A stretch of DNA of 63,187 nt, counting the filler, from Phoronis australis (taxonomy: Eukaryota; Animalia; Phoronida), in assembly GCA_002633005.1 (NCBI GenBank). It is 6 parts of 6 records of this genome, joined end to end, with 100 filler letters (N's around TTAATTAATTAA, not from the genome) between each part and the next. Parts side by side here need not be neighbours in the genome. Positions count along the whole stretch, not along the records: positions 27,803 to 38,300 come from NMRA01000990.1; positions 38,401 to 59,796 come from NMRA01000405.1; 4 more parts are not named here. One strand, given 5' to 3'. Made by a program: the position numbers and the translations under genes. Shown piece after piece: positions 34,501-46,648 of this stretch; the first letter of the stretch is position 1, and every line of letters begins with the position of its first letter. The notes under the pieces are model-generated. The model saw only the letters and a list, made by a program, of their open reading frames with translations, was not told where the DNA came from and ran no database searches.

Positions 34501-36961
34501 AACTTTCTGAAAATATGCACAATAATGTACTTTTGGGCGAGCCTTTTTTTAAATTCCAGTTGTGACCAACGTTCTGCGAATAGTAAACTTTTCAAACCAC
34601 TGAGGGAAGCCTGAGGCCCAAAAATACATTAGGTTTCTCAAATTTGACATTTCATAGTTTTCTTTGATGTCTTTAGTTTTGTGTTTGATTTTAGTGGTTG
34701 TAAATTTGCTTTATTGATGAGGAACTCTATGTTGTTCTTGTCTGCAGTATAGTTCACTAACTGGACTATAGAATGTCTCTAAGCCAATGTATAGTTTACT
34801 GTCTAGATTTGATAACATCTCTACACCAAGGTTTTGTGCACTAACTAGACTGAAGAACAATCATACACCGAGGTATAATTACATAAATAGACTGTAGAAC
34901 ATCTGTACACCAAGGTATAATTCAATAAATAGACTGTAGAACATCTCTTCGCCAAGGTATAATTCAATAAATAGACTGTAGAACATCTCTACGCCAAGGT
35001 ATAATCCAATAAATAGACTGTAGAACCTCTCTACACCAAGGTATAATTCAATAAATAGACTGTAGAACCTCTCTACACCAAGGTATAATTCAATTAATAG
35101 ACTCTAGAACATCTCTACACCAAGGTATAATTCAATAAATAGACTCTAGAACATCTCTTAACCAAGGTATAATTCAATAAATAGACTGTAGAACCTCTCT
35201 ACACCAAGGTATAATTCAAAAAATAGACTAGAACATCTCTACACCAAGGTATGGTTCCCTGATTAGACTGCAGAACCTGTCTACACCAAGCTACAGTTCA
35301 ACTGCTCTGAATGCTGTAGAGTGTCACTGTCTTGTGTTTCAGACAAACTCACCTGGATTTGTTCACCTGAAGCAGCTGTGCATAGGTATAAACCCATCAA
35401 TACACACCTCCTGTGTTACTGATGACGTTCTCTACAGGTAACTTCACTTTTTTACCAAAATTTCCATAATCTTTACTTTTTCATATGATGACGACACCAA
35501 ATGCTTAAAATGAAATTCTCTGATCAAACTGCATGTTGATCTCTAGTGTGGGGTAATTTAAATATCTTGAGCACGGTATATTTATTTTGTTTGTTTAGCA
35601 AGTTTCACATTTGATGATGCAGTAGATACGGGTAGTTCACATGCTCGTTTTTGTGGCGGTCTTAAAAATGGGACTTTCTTATGTTAATTTTAACTATGAT
35701 GATGAGACTCATTTCCCTACTGACAGTGTTGAATGTTTGTTAAGTTACTTTCCATACAGTTAACTCCCTCAATGTAAAAGCTTTGATGTTAACTTTGGTT
35801 AACTGACAAGTTAAAAATTGACGCTACCATCAAAGTTCAATGATTTTCACATTGGTGAGTAGTAGGAAAAATTGGTAACAGTGATTTTTTAGTGTAGAAA
35901 ATCCGCAAAATATTCTGGTCAATTGAAATAACATTTACTTAAACTCAAGACGGTGAATACTAGAACAAAATCGTAGCAGATATTTACCACTCACCACCCT
36001 CTGTTAGCAAGCACAATAACTCCTGCCCATGTACCTCTGATGGCATCGAAGTTATTATGTGCTCCCAGTGTGGTGAAGTTTTGATACACTGTACTTCGTT
36101 TTCAAATCCACCTCTTCAGAATTATCTCGCGGAGTCGGTTTTGATTCCAGATTGAAGTATGCTCATTGACCGAAATTTTGTAACTACCGGAGATTGTTAG
36201 AGGTTTGGATATGTATAGCAACTAATCGTAACTTGTGGGCTTTTGTGACTGGCTTGCTTTGTTTGGTATCAGACAGAGGAGATAACTGTCAGTAATAGCA
36301 CTGTCTGCATTCAAACAAAAACGTTCATTTGCAGTGCTATACTGTGTTCTGTAGAAAGTGAACATGCCATTAAAATTGAACCTCTTTAGCCTTTGAATGA
36401 CAACAGTTTGTTAACAATGAGTTTGCTCTTATTGTGCACACGTCTGTAGTTGTACAGCATTTGTCATGAATGCGTTTGATTGCTTTTATTTTGTCAAATC
36501 AAATGATATTAAACTTGTTTACTAAATCTCTGCTCATTTCTTTCGAGCCTTCTGAATTCATTGATGACTTTCCCAATTAAGATTCAACAGTTTTCATCTC
36601 TCATGACTTTGTGCACCTAGTGTACACCAGTGTTTACTAACTACTAACATTGTGAATTGAAGATTTGTCAACACGATTCAACATTTTTTTACTTCTCCTG
36701 ACTCTACACTGCAGCAGTAATCTACTGCAGTGACACATAGTGTACAACATTGTAAGCTAACTACAAACAAGGGTGTCCATTTCTCCTCTTAGGTTACTCA
36801 AGACCTCCACCAAGCTCTCACTGTTGGAAGCCAGGTGCTGCCGTAACTTTTCCGCCCTTGGCTTGTCCAGAGTACCAGTCTCTCACCTGCAACGACTTTA
36901 TCTGAGTCACTGCTCACCTGGCTACCTTAGAATAGGTGACCTGGCCCAAGTGCTTGCAAAG
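28351..36961 (+). CDS. FBXL6: F-box/LRR-repeat protein 6-like multi-exon gene (partial)
   Basis: Exons 28351-28546, 28874-28995 (broken by n at 28882), 31897-32022, 33872-34030, 35343-35437, 36793-36961 with GT-AG borders and matching phases. Motifs RAARTCKLW.EAS....LW, WLVDHRLSQV..LNL.GW, LILSGC, IERLQQGCP.L..LNL, PGF..LKQLC, VTDDVLYRLL..S.KL.LL..R.C follow the order remembered for human FBXL6. Confidence 0.85.
28874..28995 (+). CDS. FBXL6: FBXL6-like LRR exon (contig join inside)
   Basis: cctag acceptor and gtaagt donor. Translates AM..[n]..TLKSLILSGCKKLSSDSLCRIVAGLPNLAHIDLSTTN. Confidence 0.8.
29493..30222 (+). mobile_element. HINE family 1, copy C (opposite orientation, shorter array)
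   Basis: Starts ttatgcgaccatatttttatgtggacgcattatgccgtcatc..(ccgt)n and ends gtgggcgcatttcaacgctccgcattgctcattgtt, the reverse complement of the copy A termini. Confidence 0.8.
31090..31672. repeat. Degenerate ~80-bp tandem repeat (~7 units)
   Basis: Recurrent acctaggttcattctctcaccaggtggagctgtgttgatgta..attaaacagtactctgccagtaactct. Confidence 0.85.
31897..32022 (+). CDS. FBXL6: FBXL6-like LRR exon
   Basis: tttag acceptor and gtgagt donor. Translates GDVMSTKCLRFVIDSMGERLTHFDISRNAVMSLSSSVLTSLM. Confidence 0.82.
32191..33653. mobile_element. Tc1/mariner (pogo/Tigger-like) non-autonomous element
   Basis: TA on both sides. TIRs CTGTACTCATCCAGTTTACCGCCC / CCGTATTTGTCCAGATTGCCGCCC, with subterminal cttacc[ag]cccacccc repeats near both ends. 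Confidence 0.7.
33872..34030 (+). CDS. FBXL6: FBXL6-like LRR exon
   Basis: tttcag acceptor and gtaagt donor. Translates TNCRNLRALDISGSLKDCMILDIERLQQGCPLLETLNLTCTPFRPSSAMAAQV. Confidence 0.88.
34760..35300. repeat. 42-bp minisatellite (~12 units)
   Basis: Unit ccaaggtataattcaataaatagactgtagaacatctctaca, homogeneous in the centre and degenerate at the edges. Confidence 0.92.
35343..35437 (+). CDS. FBXL6: FBXL6-like LRR exon
   Basis: tttcag acceptor and gtaact donor. Translates TNSPGFVHLKQLCIGINPSIHTSCVTDDVLY(R). Confidence 0.85.
36793..36961 (+). CDS. FBXL6: FBXL6-like LRR exon
   Basis: tcttag acceptor and gtaatg donor. Translates LLKTSTKLSLLEARCCRNFSALGLSRVPVSHLQRLYLSHC...AQVLAK. Confidence 0.87.
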
Positions 36962-38639
36962 GTAATGTCAATGTTTATTCACATAAACTTTAATTCAGTT
37001 TGTTTTTAACAAATCATGAATAAAGGTCCCTATTGCAGCAATAATCAGGTCTGGTTCCAATTTCAAACTTCAAACAAGACTAAAACTTGTTTACCCAACA
37101 AAGCTAGGCTCAGTAACACTCTCTTTGGCATGATGACATTCTGTGACAGAACATGTTTTGCCTAAAGTTCTGTGACATTTTGAAAATTCTACGATGATGT
37201 GTGAGAAATTTGCTGAGTCAAGTAAGCTGTTAGTGTTCTGTTGGATTTGGTGTTGCATAAAGTGATGGTTCCTCTTTTAACAAAGTGTAAGATTATGGAA
37301 TTCATTGTTATCGCTGACATTAAATATGTTGTGACTAACAGCAAATTGAGTGTTAACTATATAGTCATGCAAAACGTACTGAAAAAGCTTTGACAGTTGT
37401 GAGTTCTCTATGACATTTTGAGATGTGTCAAGTTGTCACTGACCATGAGTACATTCTCTGCATACCTAGAATTCTACACAGACCATTGTGCTGTTGTGTA
37501 CAATTAGTAAATGCCCATGGGATTCACTAGAATTGATTTCACTTGGCTCTGACATCAATTTGTGTCATTTGATTGCCACATTGTTGATTCTTGAATTTTC
37601 AAAAATGAGTACTATTTTCGACTACTATGATAATCTGAAAAAATGTACAGCTATGTAAAGCATTCAAAATTATTGACTAGCTTGTTCTTATTGACAATTT
37701 TTGTTCAGAATTTCTACTGACCATCTCCATCTTGTTACCTTGTGAAACAGTGTGAATAAGTAGTGTTGCTTGAAGTTGTTTTTGAGGCCACCAAAAGTGG
37801 TTCTCACTCGCACTTATATCAATGCTGACAGTAGCCATCGTTTTTGTATGTTTAAACACTAGTTAAAGATGCTATGTCTCTTAAAACCATGAATATTTAA
37901 TTTTGTGGCAAGCATCACCTTGTGACTTCCTGGAGAATTGTACTAGACAGTATAATCCAGAAAAGCAATAATTTGCCAATAAAATATGGCTTTAGAGAAA
38001 ACGCCAAGACTGATGCACACAAAAAAGAAGTGTAAACATACAGCACACATCACGAATTTTTGGCCGCCCGGTCGGAAATTGGTCGACGACTAGCCGTCGA
38101 CCGGTCGGCTAATTTGCCGACCGGTCGCCTAAAAATTAGCCGACCGGCAGCCGCCCGCAGTGCCGACTCATAAGGCGACTCCCCAGCCGACCCTTCAGCC
38201 GACCCTTCAGCCGACCGGCCATCAGCTGCTATTTTTAGGCTAGAGTAGCAGTTGCGTAATAGGTTGTCAGGCTGATACCACTTTGCGTGTCGATGCATAT
38301 NNNNNNNNNNNNNNNNNNNNNNNNNNNNNNNNNNNNNNNNNNNNTTAATTAATTAANNNNNNNNNNNNNNNNNNNNNNNNNNNNNNNNNNNNNNNNNNNN
38401 CCGTTGCCGTTGCCGTTGCCGTTGGGTATAAAGTAATATGATAAACGTTATTGCTGATATACTTTGAATACATGTAACAGTACAACATAAAATTTTACCG
38501 TAAGAAACTAACGCTTGAAATATAACTTTATTGTAAGTTTTACAAAAGTTAACCTTTACTAAAATATTTGAAAATATAAACCCTAATGCAAGCTGCACGA
38601 ATGCTAGTTTAAGAAGAAAACTTAAGATCGGATTTATTC

Positions 38640-39365
38640 ATGCAATGACAGTAGAAATGTCTTCCAGTTCACATCAAATTCCATAAATACGTTTGCGCAG
38701 AGTCTACATACAACACTGAACATCAAAAAGTACATACAACACTGGTACTTTCAAATTTAGAAAAACCTATGTTTAAACGCTTGATCACATATGATATGAG
38801 ATATTAAACATGTTGAAATTCCATCAACCGGTGGGCAGTATGCATTGGAGTACAGAAAAAGATACGCAACTGATTTTGTCAGGGAGACTACACATATGGA
38901 ATTTTTGAGTTATAGAGTAAGCTTGGACATATGGCTTTTTTTCGTCTTTGTGAGATGTCACAGCCATCCGTAGTGAAACTAATTATAATATCATCAAATA
39001 TTCAATCTCTTGTATAATCTTTAAATTATCACCTCATTAATATAAGTTGTGCAATACAGAAGTTCCTAACAATCTACTTTCAAAACACATAACAGTACCC
39101 TTGATAATGATATTCAAGTTCATGTGGTTTACCATAATGCCCACATACTGCAAGAAGTTCAAAAATATCATTAACTGAGGGTAAGAACAAATTAAGATCT
39201 TCGGCATACATAAGATGATTGATGTACACAGGAGATAGGACTGCACAGACAATTATAGAGTCACTCAAAAGTGATATAAGTCCAACCATGTTCACATTGA
39301 AAAGTTTGCCCAATAGTATACCATCTTGTCTAACGCCATTTGAAGCTTTGAAGAATGTCGACTGG
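38640..39365 (-). mobile_element. Decayed LINE RT fragment (RTEX-like)
   Basis: FKASNGVRQDGILLGKLFNVNM and INHLMYAEDLNLFLPS...LLAVC..Y are degenerate GVRQG..LSP.LF and YADD motifs. Confidence 0.75.
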
Positions 39366-40453
39366 AACAGGCTTTTTCAAGACAATTGATGGAGAATATT
39401 CGAATAAAAATTCTTAGTTTGCTTCGATGCATTATTAACCGTCTTGCTAGCCAAGGAAATTCAAGTCCATCAGCTTTAAGGAAGAAATCCCCACATCTAG
39501 TTATTAAAATGACATCATGAAATCTTGAGACTGCTGTCGATCGTGTTTGTGGTACTGCAGGAAATGTGGTGCACTGTAACTGGTTGTGACGCCGTGGTCC
39601 CGCATGTTAATGATAGACAAGTCAGTGGTTTAACAACTGGCAAAGTCACTGAAATTAAATAAAGCAATTGAGACTAAATGAAATTAACCTCCGAAAAGGA
39701 ATGTAACACAGATCACCCGAAATGAAATTGCAAAACTACCAGTCTTCTGCTCCGCAGATTTAGAGACTATGACCTGAAACCAGGTGTGAAACCGTGTACA
39801 AGAGCAAAAGTCAGATATCTGATTTTTCACTCATCTCATGATGCACGACCTCACGGAAGAGGCAACTTCCGGGATTTTTTTACCTTTCCGACTTTGGAGT
39901 TATTTTGTCTTGGTGGTTCAGGGACATCTTTGCTTCACTGCCACTGGTGGCGAAGTCACTGTCCTGCTTGTCCAGGTCCTTTATGACTCAAGAAATAACG
40001 TATACATTTCTCCAACTTTGAAGGTTTTTATCTCTAACATTTGTGTAAAACTTTCAAATATTGCGATTTAAACACTATTCACAAAACGACATTAAAATAA
40101 TTGTATTTTAGTGCCTCTCGAAATGACCCAAGAAATGTTCGGCAATGTACACTGCGCTATTGCATTTATTTATATTTTTAAATTTTCCTTTACCGCTACT
40201 ACAGTCTTGCTGCACCGCTGTCGATGACATTAAGTCACGGGTTTCTGGGCTCATAGACCTTCAGACTAGTTTCGAACTAAATAGCTTTACTTCCTGTCGG
40301 ATTAGTGAGCCTTCGGCCTTACAGGGCCTTTTTAAAAACATTTTAATAGTCGCATAATTTGCCTTCACACATGTTAAGCTTCGGAGTATCGAGCTCCACC
40401 CTATTTATACTAATGCACTATGACTGACAAGCTACGTTTAATTACCTTCTTAA

Positions 40454-42126
40454 TTACTCTGCACGTGCAAGCGCAGAGTTTTGCTGTTCTACGTATCTTA
40501 TCGTCTTATTACCCTGCGCGTGCAAGCGCAGATTACTGCTATTCCTGTGTTTTCTTCAATTTTATTACTCTGCGCGTGCAAGCGCAGAGTTTTACTGTTC
40601 TACGTATTTTATCTTCTTATTACTCTGAGCGTTGAAGCGAAGAGTACTGTTGTTCCTGGGATTTCTCCAATTTTATTCTTCTTATTACTCTGCGTGTGCA
40701 GCGGAGAGTTTTACTGTTCTACATACTTTATCTTCATATTCTTATTCTTCTTATTCTTCCTTCCTTTTCAGATTGTTATTACTCTTACATCCATTCACTT
40801 ACAACAATCATACTTACTGTGGTTAATAGGATATTCAAGGGATTTCTATTGATGATATCGTTTTGACCCAAAATGCACCGGATTGACCCGAAAGGGGTTA
40901 AGGAGTACTTTTTTACAAATGCTTCTTCTTCTACAGGTTTTTATATAGACTCTTCGAATTTTTGGGAACAAGTACACACTAGAAATCTGCATCTGGAATT
41001 TACTTGGAATTCCAATCGGATGAAGGGAACTGAGTTTCCGGGTCAAAGGTAATTAAGTGCAAATGTGATTTTTGCGCTAGACCTTTCATAATCATGCATG
41101 TGATTACCATTCATAAAGGAAGGTCAGTCACAAATTTTGGGGTCACTAGGTGCAATTGTGGGGTCATTAAGTGCAGTTTTCTTTTAAATTTAAGACTTTC
41201 AATCAGCTTGTACTTAAATGATGCATTAGGGAAACGGGTCAAGGAGTGCATTCCGTCAAATTGCTTCTTCTTCGACAGGTTTTTAGACAGACTCCGAATT
41301 TTGATAACAAGCAGGCACCAGAGAAGTGCATTCATAGTTTATCTGGAATTTAAAACGGATAAAGGGAACCGAGTTTCCGGGTCAAAGGTCATTAAGTGCA
41401 AAAGTGATTTTTGAGCTACACCTTTCATAATCATACATATACATGTAATAACCATTCTTAAAGAAAGTTCAATCACAAACTTTGGGTTCACTAGGTGTAA
41501 CTTTCTGGTCATTAAGTGCAGCTTTCTGTTAAAATTCAGACTTTTTCAATCACTTCGTAATTACATGTTGTATTAGGGAGAGCGTTTATATTCATGGTGA
41601 TTCAACCAATTGCCATTCAAAAACTATTTATAATACGGGTATGACCCAAAATGCACTAAAGGACCCCATGAGAGGTCAACCGGTATGTTTCATTCAAAAG
41701 CTTCTCCTTCTGCAATTTTTTAGATTTCTTCTTGAAGTTTCATGAACAGCTTGGTGCCATATAAGTGCACCCAGAACTTACACGGAATTTCGATCTGATC
41801 AACTGAACTGAATTTCTGGGTCAAAGGTCGATCAGTGCAAAAATGATTTCTGAGCTAGACATTTCATCAACACATATATCATTTTCCTTCGTACATTAAA
41901 TTCAGTCACAAACTTTGGAGTAATTAGGTGCAACCGTGGGGTCATTAAGTGCAATTTTCCATTGACTTTCTAATTTCTCACTCTTGCTCTTTCATAGTTA
42001 CCAGGGACATCGCTCTCTTTCACACGAAGGATGCAACTTTTATGCAATGTAATGCGCCTATACTTCACTATGCATGTGCATACACCCCGCGCAGAGTTGT
42101 AAGTGCGCATACGCAATTGCATTCTA
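40454..42126 (+). mobile_element. HINE family 2, copy 1 (with ~5 tandem copies of its left terminus)
   Basis: Left hairpin actctgcgcgtgcaagcgcagagt, (ttattc)n microsatellite, internal repeats, right subTIR cgcgcagagt, stem-loop, ctag. Inserted in a T-run without TSD. The empty site is visible in the paralogous array unit near 52630. Confidence 0.75.
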
Positions 42127-42420
42127 GTTTTAGTCTCCGGTTGTTAATTTTCCTCTTCCATCCTTCTTGTTCCGTTTTGGTTATCGTTGTTGCGTGGGTA
42201 TGGCGATCAAATAAACAAAAACATGCATTAATAAAATTTACAAACAATCGAGATATCAACTAATGTTTTTAATTTGCCACTCCCATGTTAATTGAGAAAT
42301 CCTTGTCTGTGCCACGGCAGTAGTGACCATGGGAACCACTGTTCAGCTACTTGTGGCATCTGCAAAGGAATTCACCATTGAACCTTGAACCTTGAACGTA
42401 ATTTGGATTCAGCCATGCTA

Positions 42421-43685
42421 TTTACTCTGCGCGTGTAAGCGCAGAGTACTGTTGTTCTTGGGTTTTCTTATTATTTTATTCTTATTCTTATTCTTCTTAT
42501 TTTTCTTCCGACCAAATTTGAGGCTTAATAACTCCAAATTGGGTGCAGGTACGGTCCTTAAATTCAGCATATGACTTTTGACAGTATATAAATTTTGATT
42601 GGTTATATAATCATATTCCATATTGCACCGGAAGAGGTACATGTAGTTTGGTGCAAAGGTCATATAATTTTCAAAATGCTACTCCTCCTTTAGTTTTAAA
42701 GCTATCTTTTTCAAATTCGGTGTACAGGTATAAGTCAACATGGCAATTTAAAAAATTTCTTTTCTAAGTAATCGGGTCATCCAATCAGGTGAAATAGGTC
42801 AAAGGTCATTAGGTGCAAACTAAAATTTTGAGCTAGACACTTCAAATTGACAGGTCTGATTGCCACCGGTAAATCAAATCGGAATCCAAAGTTTCAGGTC
42901 ATTTAGTGCAAACATGGAGTCATTAGATGCATTTTTCTTCTGAAAATTTGACCTTTTCAATCAGCAAGTATTCTGATGTGTCAACCGTTAGACAAGTGTG
43001 ATTCTCAGCGTTAAACACATTTTCCATGGGCTTTGAAATAATTTTCCTAAAGACGATTAAAATGCACCGGATATGGTCAATTAGTGCAAAAGTCATGTAA
43101 TGTTCAAAATGTTATATCTCTTACGTTTTTCAAGGAATTCTTTTCAATTTCAGCACACTGGTTTAAGTCAACATGCCAATTAAATACCCTACAATGTACT
43201 TTACTTCTCAATAGGCCTAACCAATCAGAAAAAATAGGTCAAAGGTCATTGAGTGCAAACTAAAATTTTGAGCTAGAGACTTCAGAATTACGTATCTGTT
43301 TACTAAGTGCGATTGAGTTTGAATTTTAAATTTTCAGGTCGTTTGGTGCACCCATGGGGTCATTAGGTGCATTTTTCTTCTGAAAGTTTGACCACTTGAT
43401 TCATCTTGTATTCTGAAGTGCTTAAAGTAAAACATCTGTGATTATTAGCATTAACCACACTTTTAATCGAGTTAACAATTACTCCCTCATCGGGGCTCAT
43501 AATGCACCGGAAGAGGTCAATTAGTGCAAAGGTCATCAAAAAATTAATATGTAATTTCTCCTACAATTTTAAAGAATTCCTTTTCATATTGGTAAACGGT
43601 TGCTGTCAGTAACTTCCCATAATAATTCCAGTAATACGCACGCGCTGAGTCCGTTATTGTCACGCCGTGACAATAATCTTTCTAG
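42421..43685 (+). mobile_element. HINE family 2, copy 2
   Basis: Same left hairpin and (ttattc)n. Right end gcacgcgctgagt, perfect stem-loop ttattgtcacg-c-cgtgacaataa, then ttctag. The empty site is visible near 52935. Confidence 0.78.
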
Positions 43686-45470
43686 TTTTCTTAGTATGTT
43701 ATGGCTTGTGTTAGTATGTTAGTGCAATTTTTAGTCGTTATTAGAAATATCATTAGCGCCAGTGCGAATGTACCAGCAAGACAAATAACAAACGTTTAGT
43801 CCAAGCGAATAGTAATGGATTTGATTGATACAAAGATCCATCCATTTGAAGTACATGTGTGTCATCACCTCCCAAATACTAAAACATGAGTACAACCTAG
43901 AGTACAACAAAAATACAGTAAACACTTATATCCTATTACAATAATCTAGACATAACGCAGTTGTCACAGGTGGAGAGCTGTAACTGCAAGTGTCAGCGAG
44001 ACCAAATTGCATTCAGTAATGAAAGTTATATAACTCGATCGTCCCTTATGTATCGGGTAAGACCGCCTCTCATGGGCGTGCCCTCACGGAAGAGGCAACT
44101 TCCTGGCCTCTTTTTAGATTTCCGTCTCTGGTGTTATTTTGTGTTGGTGGTCCCGTGACATCTTTCGTTCACTGCCAGTGGTTGAGATGTCAGGGTCCTG
44201 CTTGTTCAGGTTCTGTATGAACCTCGAAAATAGCTGTTCAGATTTAGGTCAAATGCCACATACTATGGTTTGAACACCTATCACAACACGAAACTGAATT
44301 GATCATCAACAGTGTTTCTGTGATCACTTCCTGAATATTTTTATCAAATATGTTTCGATTATGTTCTATTGATACCATTGTTTTACAATCAATGTTTTGG
44401 GGGTTATTTTGCTAAATTTTATGGGTTTTTTGAGTTTGAAGGCTTATATCTCAGAAATTGATGATCAGATTTAGGTGAAATGTTCGAATACTAAGATTTA
44501 AACACGGTTCACAAAACGAAAAGAAAAGGATTACACTTTAGAATATTAACAGTGTTTCTGATATCACTTATGGAATAATTTTGGTCAGAGTGCCGAGATG
44601 TACCCATTTATACTAAAGCAGTGTATGAAATGCAAGAAACGTTAGCGGTTCACCTTCATAATTTTCGTCTTAAACCATTCTTCTTCCGTTTTTGGTATCC
44701 GTGGGTCGCAGCATATCGTTGGGGTATGGGTATAGTGTGTAAGTAGGCAAAAACTTGTGTAATAAAACTTCAAATAATAGACAAGTCACCTGTTTTCAAT
44801 ATGCCGCTCGGATGCTAATTGAAAAATCCTTGACCCTGTGCCGGCAGAAATCGACCACGGGAACTACTGCTCAAGTCCATCTGGTTGTGGCTTCTGCAGA
44901 GGAATTAAAAAAAAAAACACCATTCAGCATGCATTTTGAGACCTTGAACTGCATTTTCGTTTTTTCATGCTTTCTTTCGTCATTGGTATATGTCAGTGCT
45001 TATATTAGTATGTTAGTGCAAGTGTTAGTTAGGATCAGAAATAGCGTAAGCGTCAATGCGAAAGAACCACCAAGTAAACTAACAAAAGTAACAAATGTCT
45101 AGTCTATGAGAATAGTAATACATTTGATAGACGGGCAGCTAAATTCACTGTTATAAATATGCGTCATCACAACCAAACATTGAGAAGCCAGTGTGCAACC
45201 AAAATGCAGCCAACATTAATATCTATTACACCGACTTGGACCCAAGGGGAGAACTGTAACTGCATGTGACAGCCAGACCAAATGTCACCAATAACGAAAG
45301 TTAAACACCCCTCTTGTCCTTCATGTATCTGCTAAGGCAGCACCTCATGGCCCGCGCCCTCACGGAATAGGCAACTTTCTGGGGGAGAGGTCAGGGTCTT
45401 GTTTGTTTAGCTTCTGTATGATATTTAATGTCTACATTTCTCTATTGAAGAAAACAACAACGGTTTTAAG

Positions 45471-45516
45471 ACTTGACATGTTTCGGTGTCATTTATTCAA
45501 CACCATCCTCAGAAGT
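45471..45516 (-). ncRNA. Type I minimal hammerhead ribozyme in the Penelope 3' pLTR
   Basis: Minus strand reads ACTT-CTGAGGA-T-GGTGTT-gaataaat-GACACC-GAAA-CATG-TC-AAGT. This gives an intact CUGANGA/GAAA core, a 6-bp stem II, palindromic ACAUGU stem III, a GUC cleavage triplet, and stem I ACUU/AAGU. Confidence 0.85.
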
Positions 45517-46648
45517 GATAATACAGTGGCCACCTAGCTAGTCACAGCAACAAGTAATGACGCACAGATACAGTCAGTTACAGGGAGTCAGTGACAACTA
45601 GACCAACAATGACAACCTGTGGTGTGTCAGTTGCCTATCGAGATTGAGCTTCCACCAACTGATGTGTAAAGCCTCATGAATTTTAAGCTCCTTTGTTGTT
45701 ATTGCCTGGTCTATTATTGCAAAGTCATTGAAAGAGCACTGCTGGTAACAATGACTGGAGCTCTGTAGGTGAATATTTACCTGTGAATTTCTATCAGAAT
45801 TTAGATGTTCCTTGGTCCTGGTTTTCAAATGGCGAACAGTTTCGCCTAAATAACTGGAGCCACATCCAGCACAGATAAATTTGTATACTACCTTGGACCG
45901 TAGACCAATAGAAATTTTGTCCTTAGGGATAAACAAATTCGACAGTTTTAGAGACTTGAATGTTAATACAACTCTTACACAGTAATCATTCACCAATTTG
46001 TTGAGTTTTAATTCGTTGAGCAATTTTGGCGTAAAACCCAACATGGGTTATTTTAAAGTACTTGTAGTTAGTTCTGTCTACAGGATGAACATCATCAGGG
46101 TTACGTTGAAGTCTTGCTTTCAGAACCCTATTGACTAATTCTAGGGGATAGCCATTCTTTTGCAAATTCGTTGTAAGTTCTTTAATATTAGAATCAAATC
46201 CAGCCCAAGTGTTGTTAATGAGATATACCCTGTCTATTAGAGTTTTAATGAGACCTGCTTTATAAACAAAGGATGGGAAGCTATGAAAACAAGTGTACAG
46301 TCCTGTGTAGGTCTTCTTATGAAATACTGATGTTACCACTGAGGTACCCTCACGCTCCACAAACACGTCCAGAAATGGCAAAATGTTATCGACCACTAAT
46401 TCTATACTGAATTTCAAGTTAGGATGCCTCGAGTTTAAAAACACCAAAAATTCCTGGGGTGACTGCTGATTTTCAAATATACAAAACACATCATCTACAT
46501 ATCGTCGATAGAAATAGATGTGAGGACCAGTGTCGGTCTCAATCCATGTTTTCTCATGGTGCCCTAAAAACATGCCAGCTACAATGGGAGCCAAAGGTGA
46601 ACCCATTGCTATACCATCAATTTGGTTAAAAACCTCCCCATTAAATAC

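Noticed and set aside
36962-38400. Truncation of FBXL6-like after exon 36793-36961
   Set aside because: The remaining C-terminal exons were not found, but a scaffold gap follows at 38301. Their absence is not evidence of loss.
38040-38425. GC-rich gccgacc repeats and (CCGTTG)n as coding sequence
   Set aside because: These are low-complexity repeat or TE ends flanking a gap. The ORFs there are artefacts.
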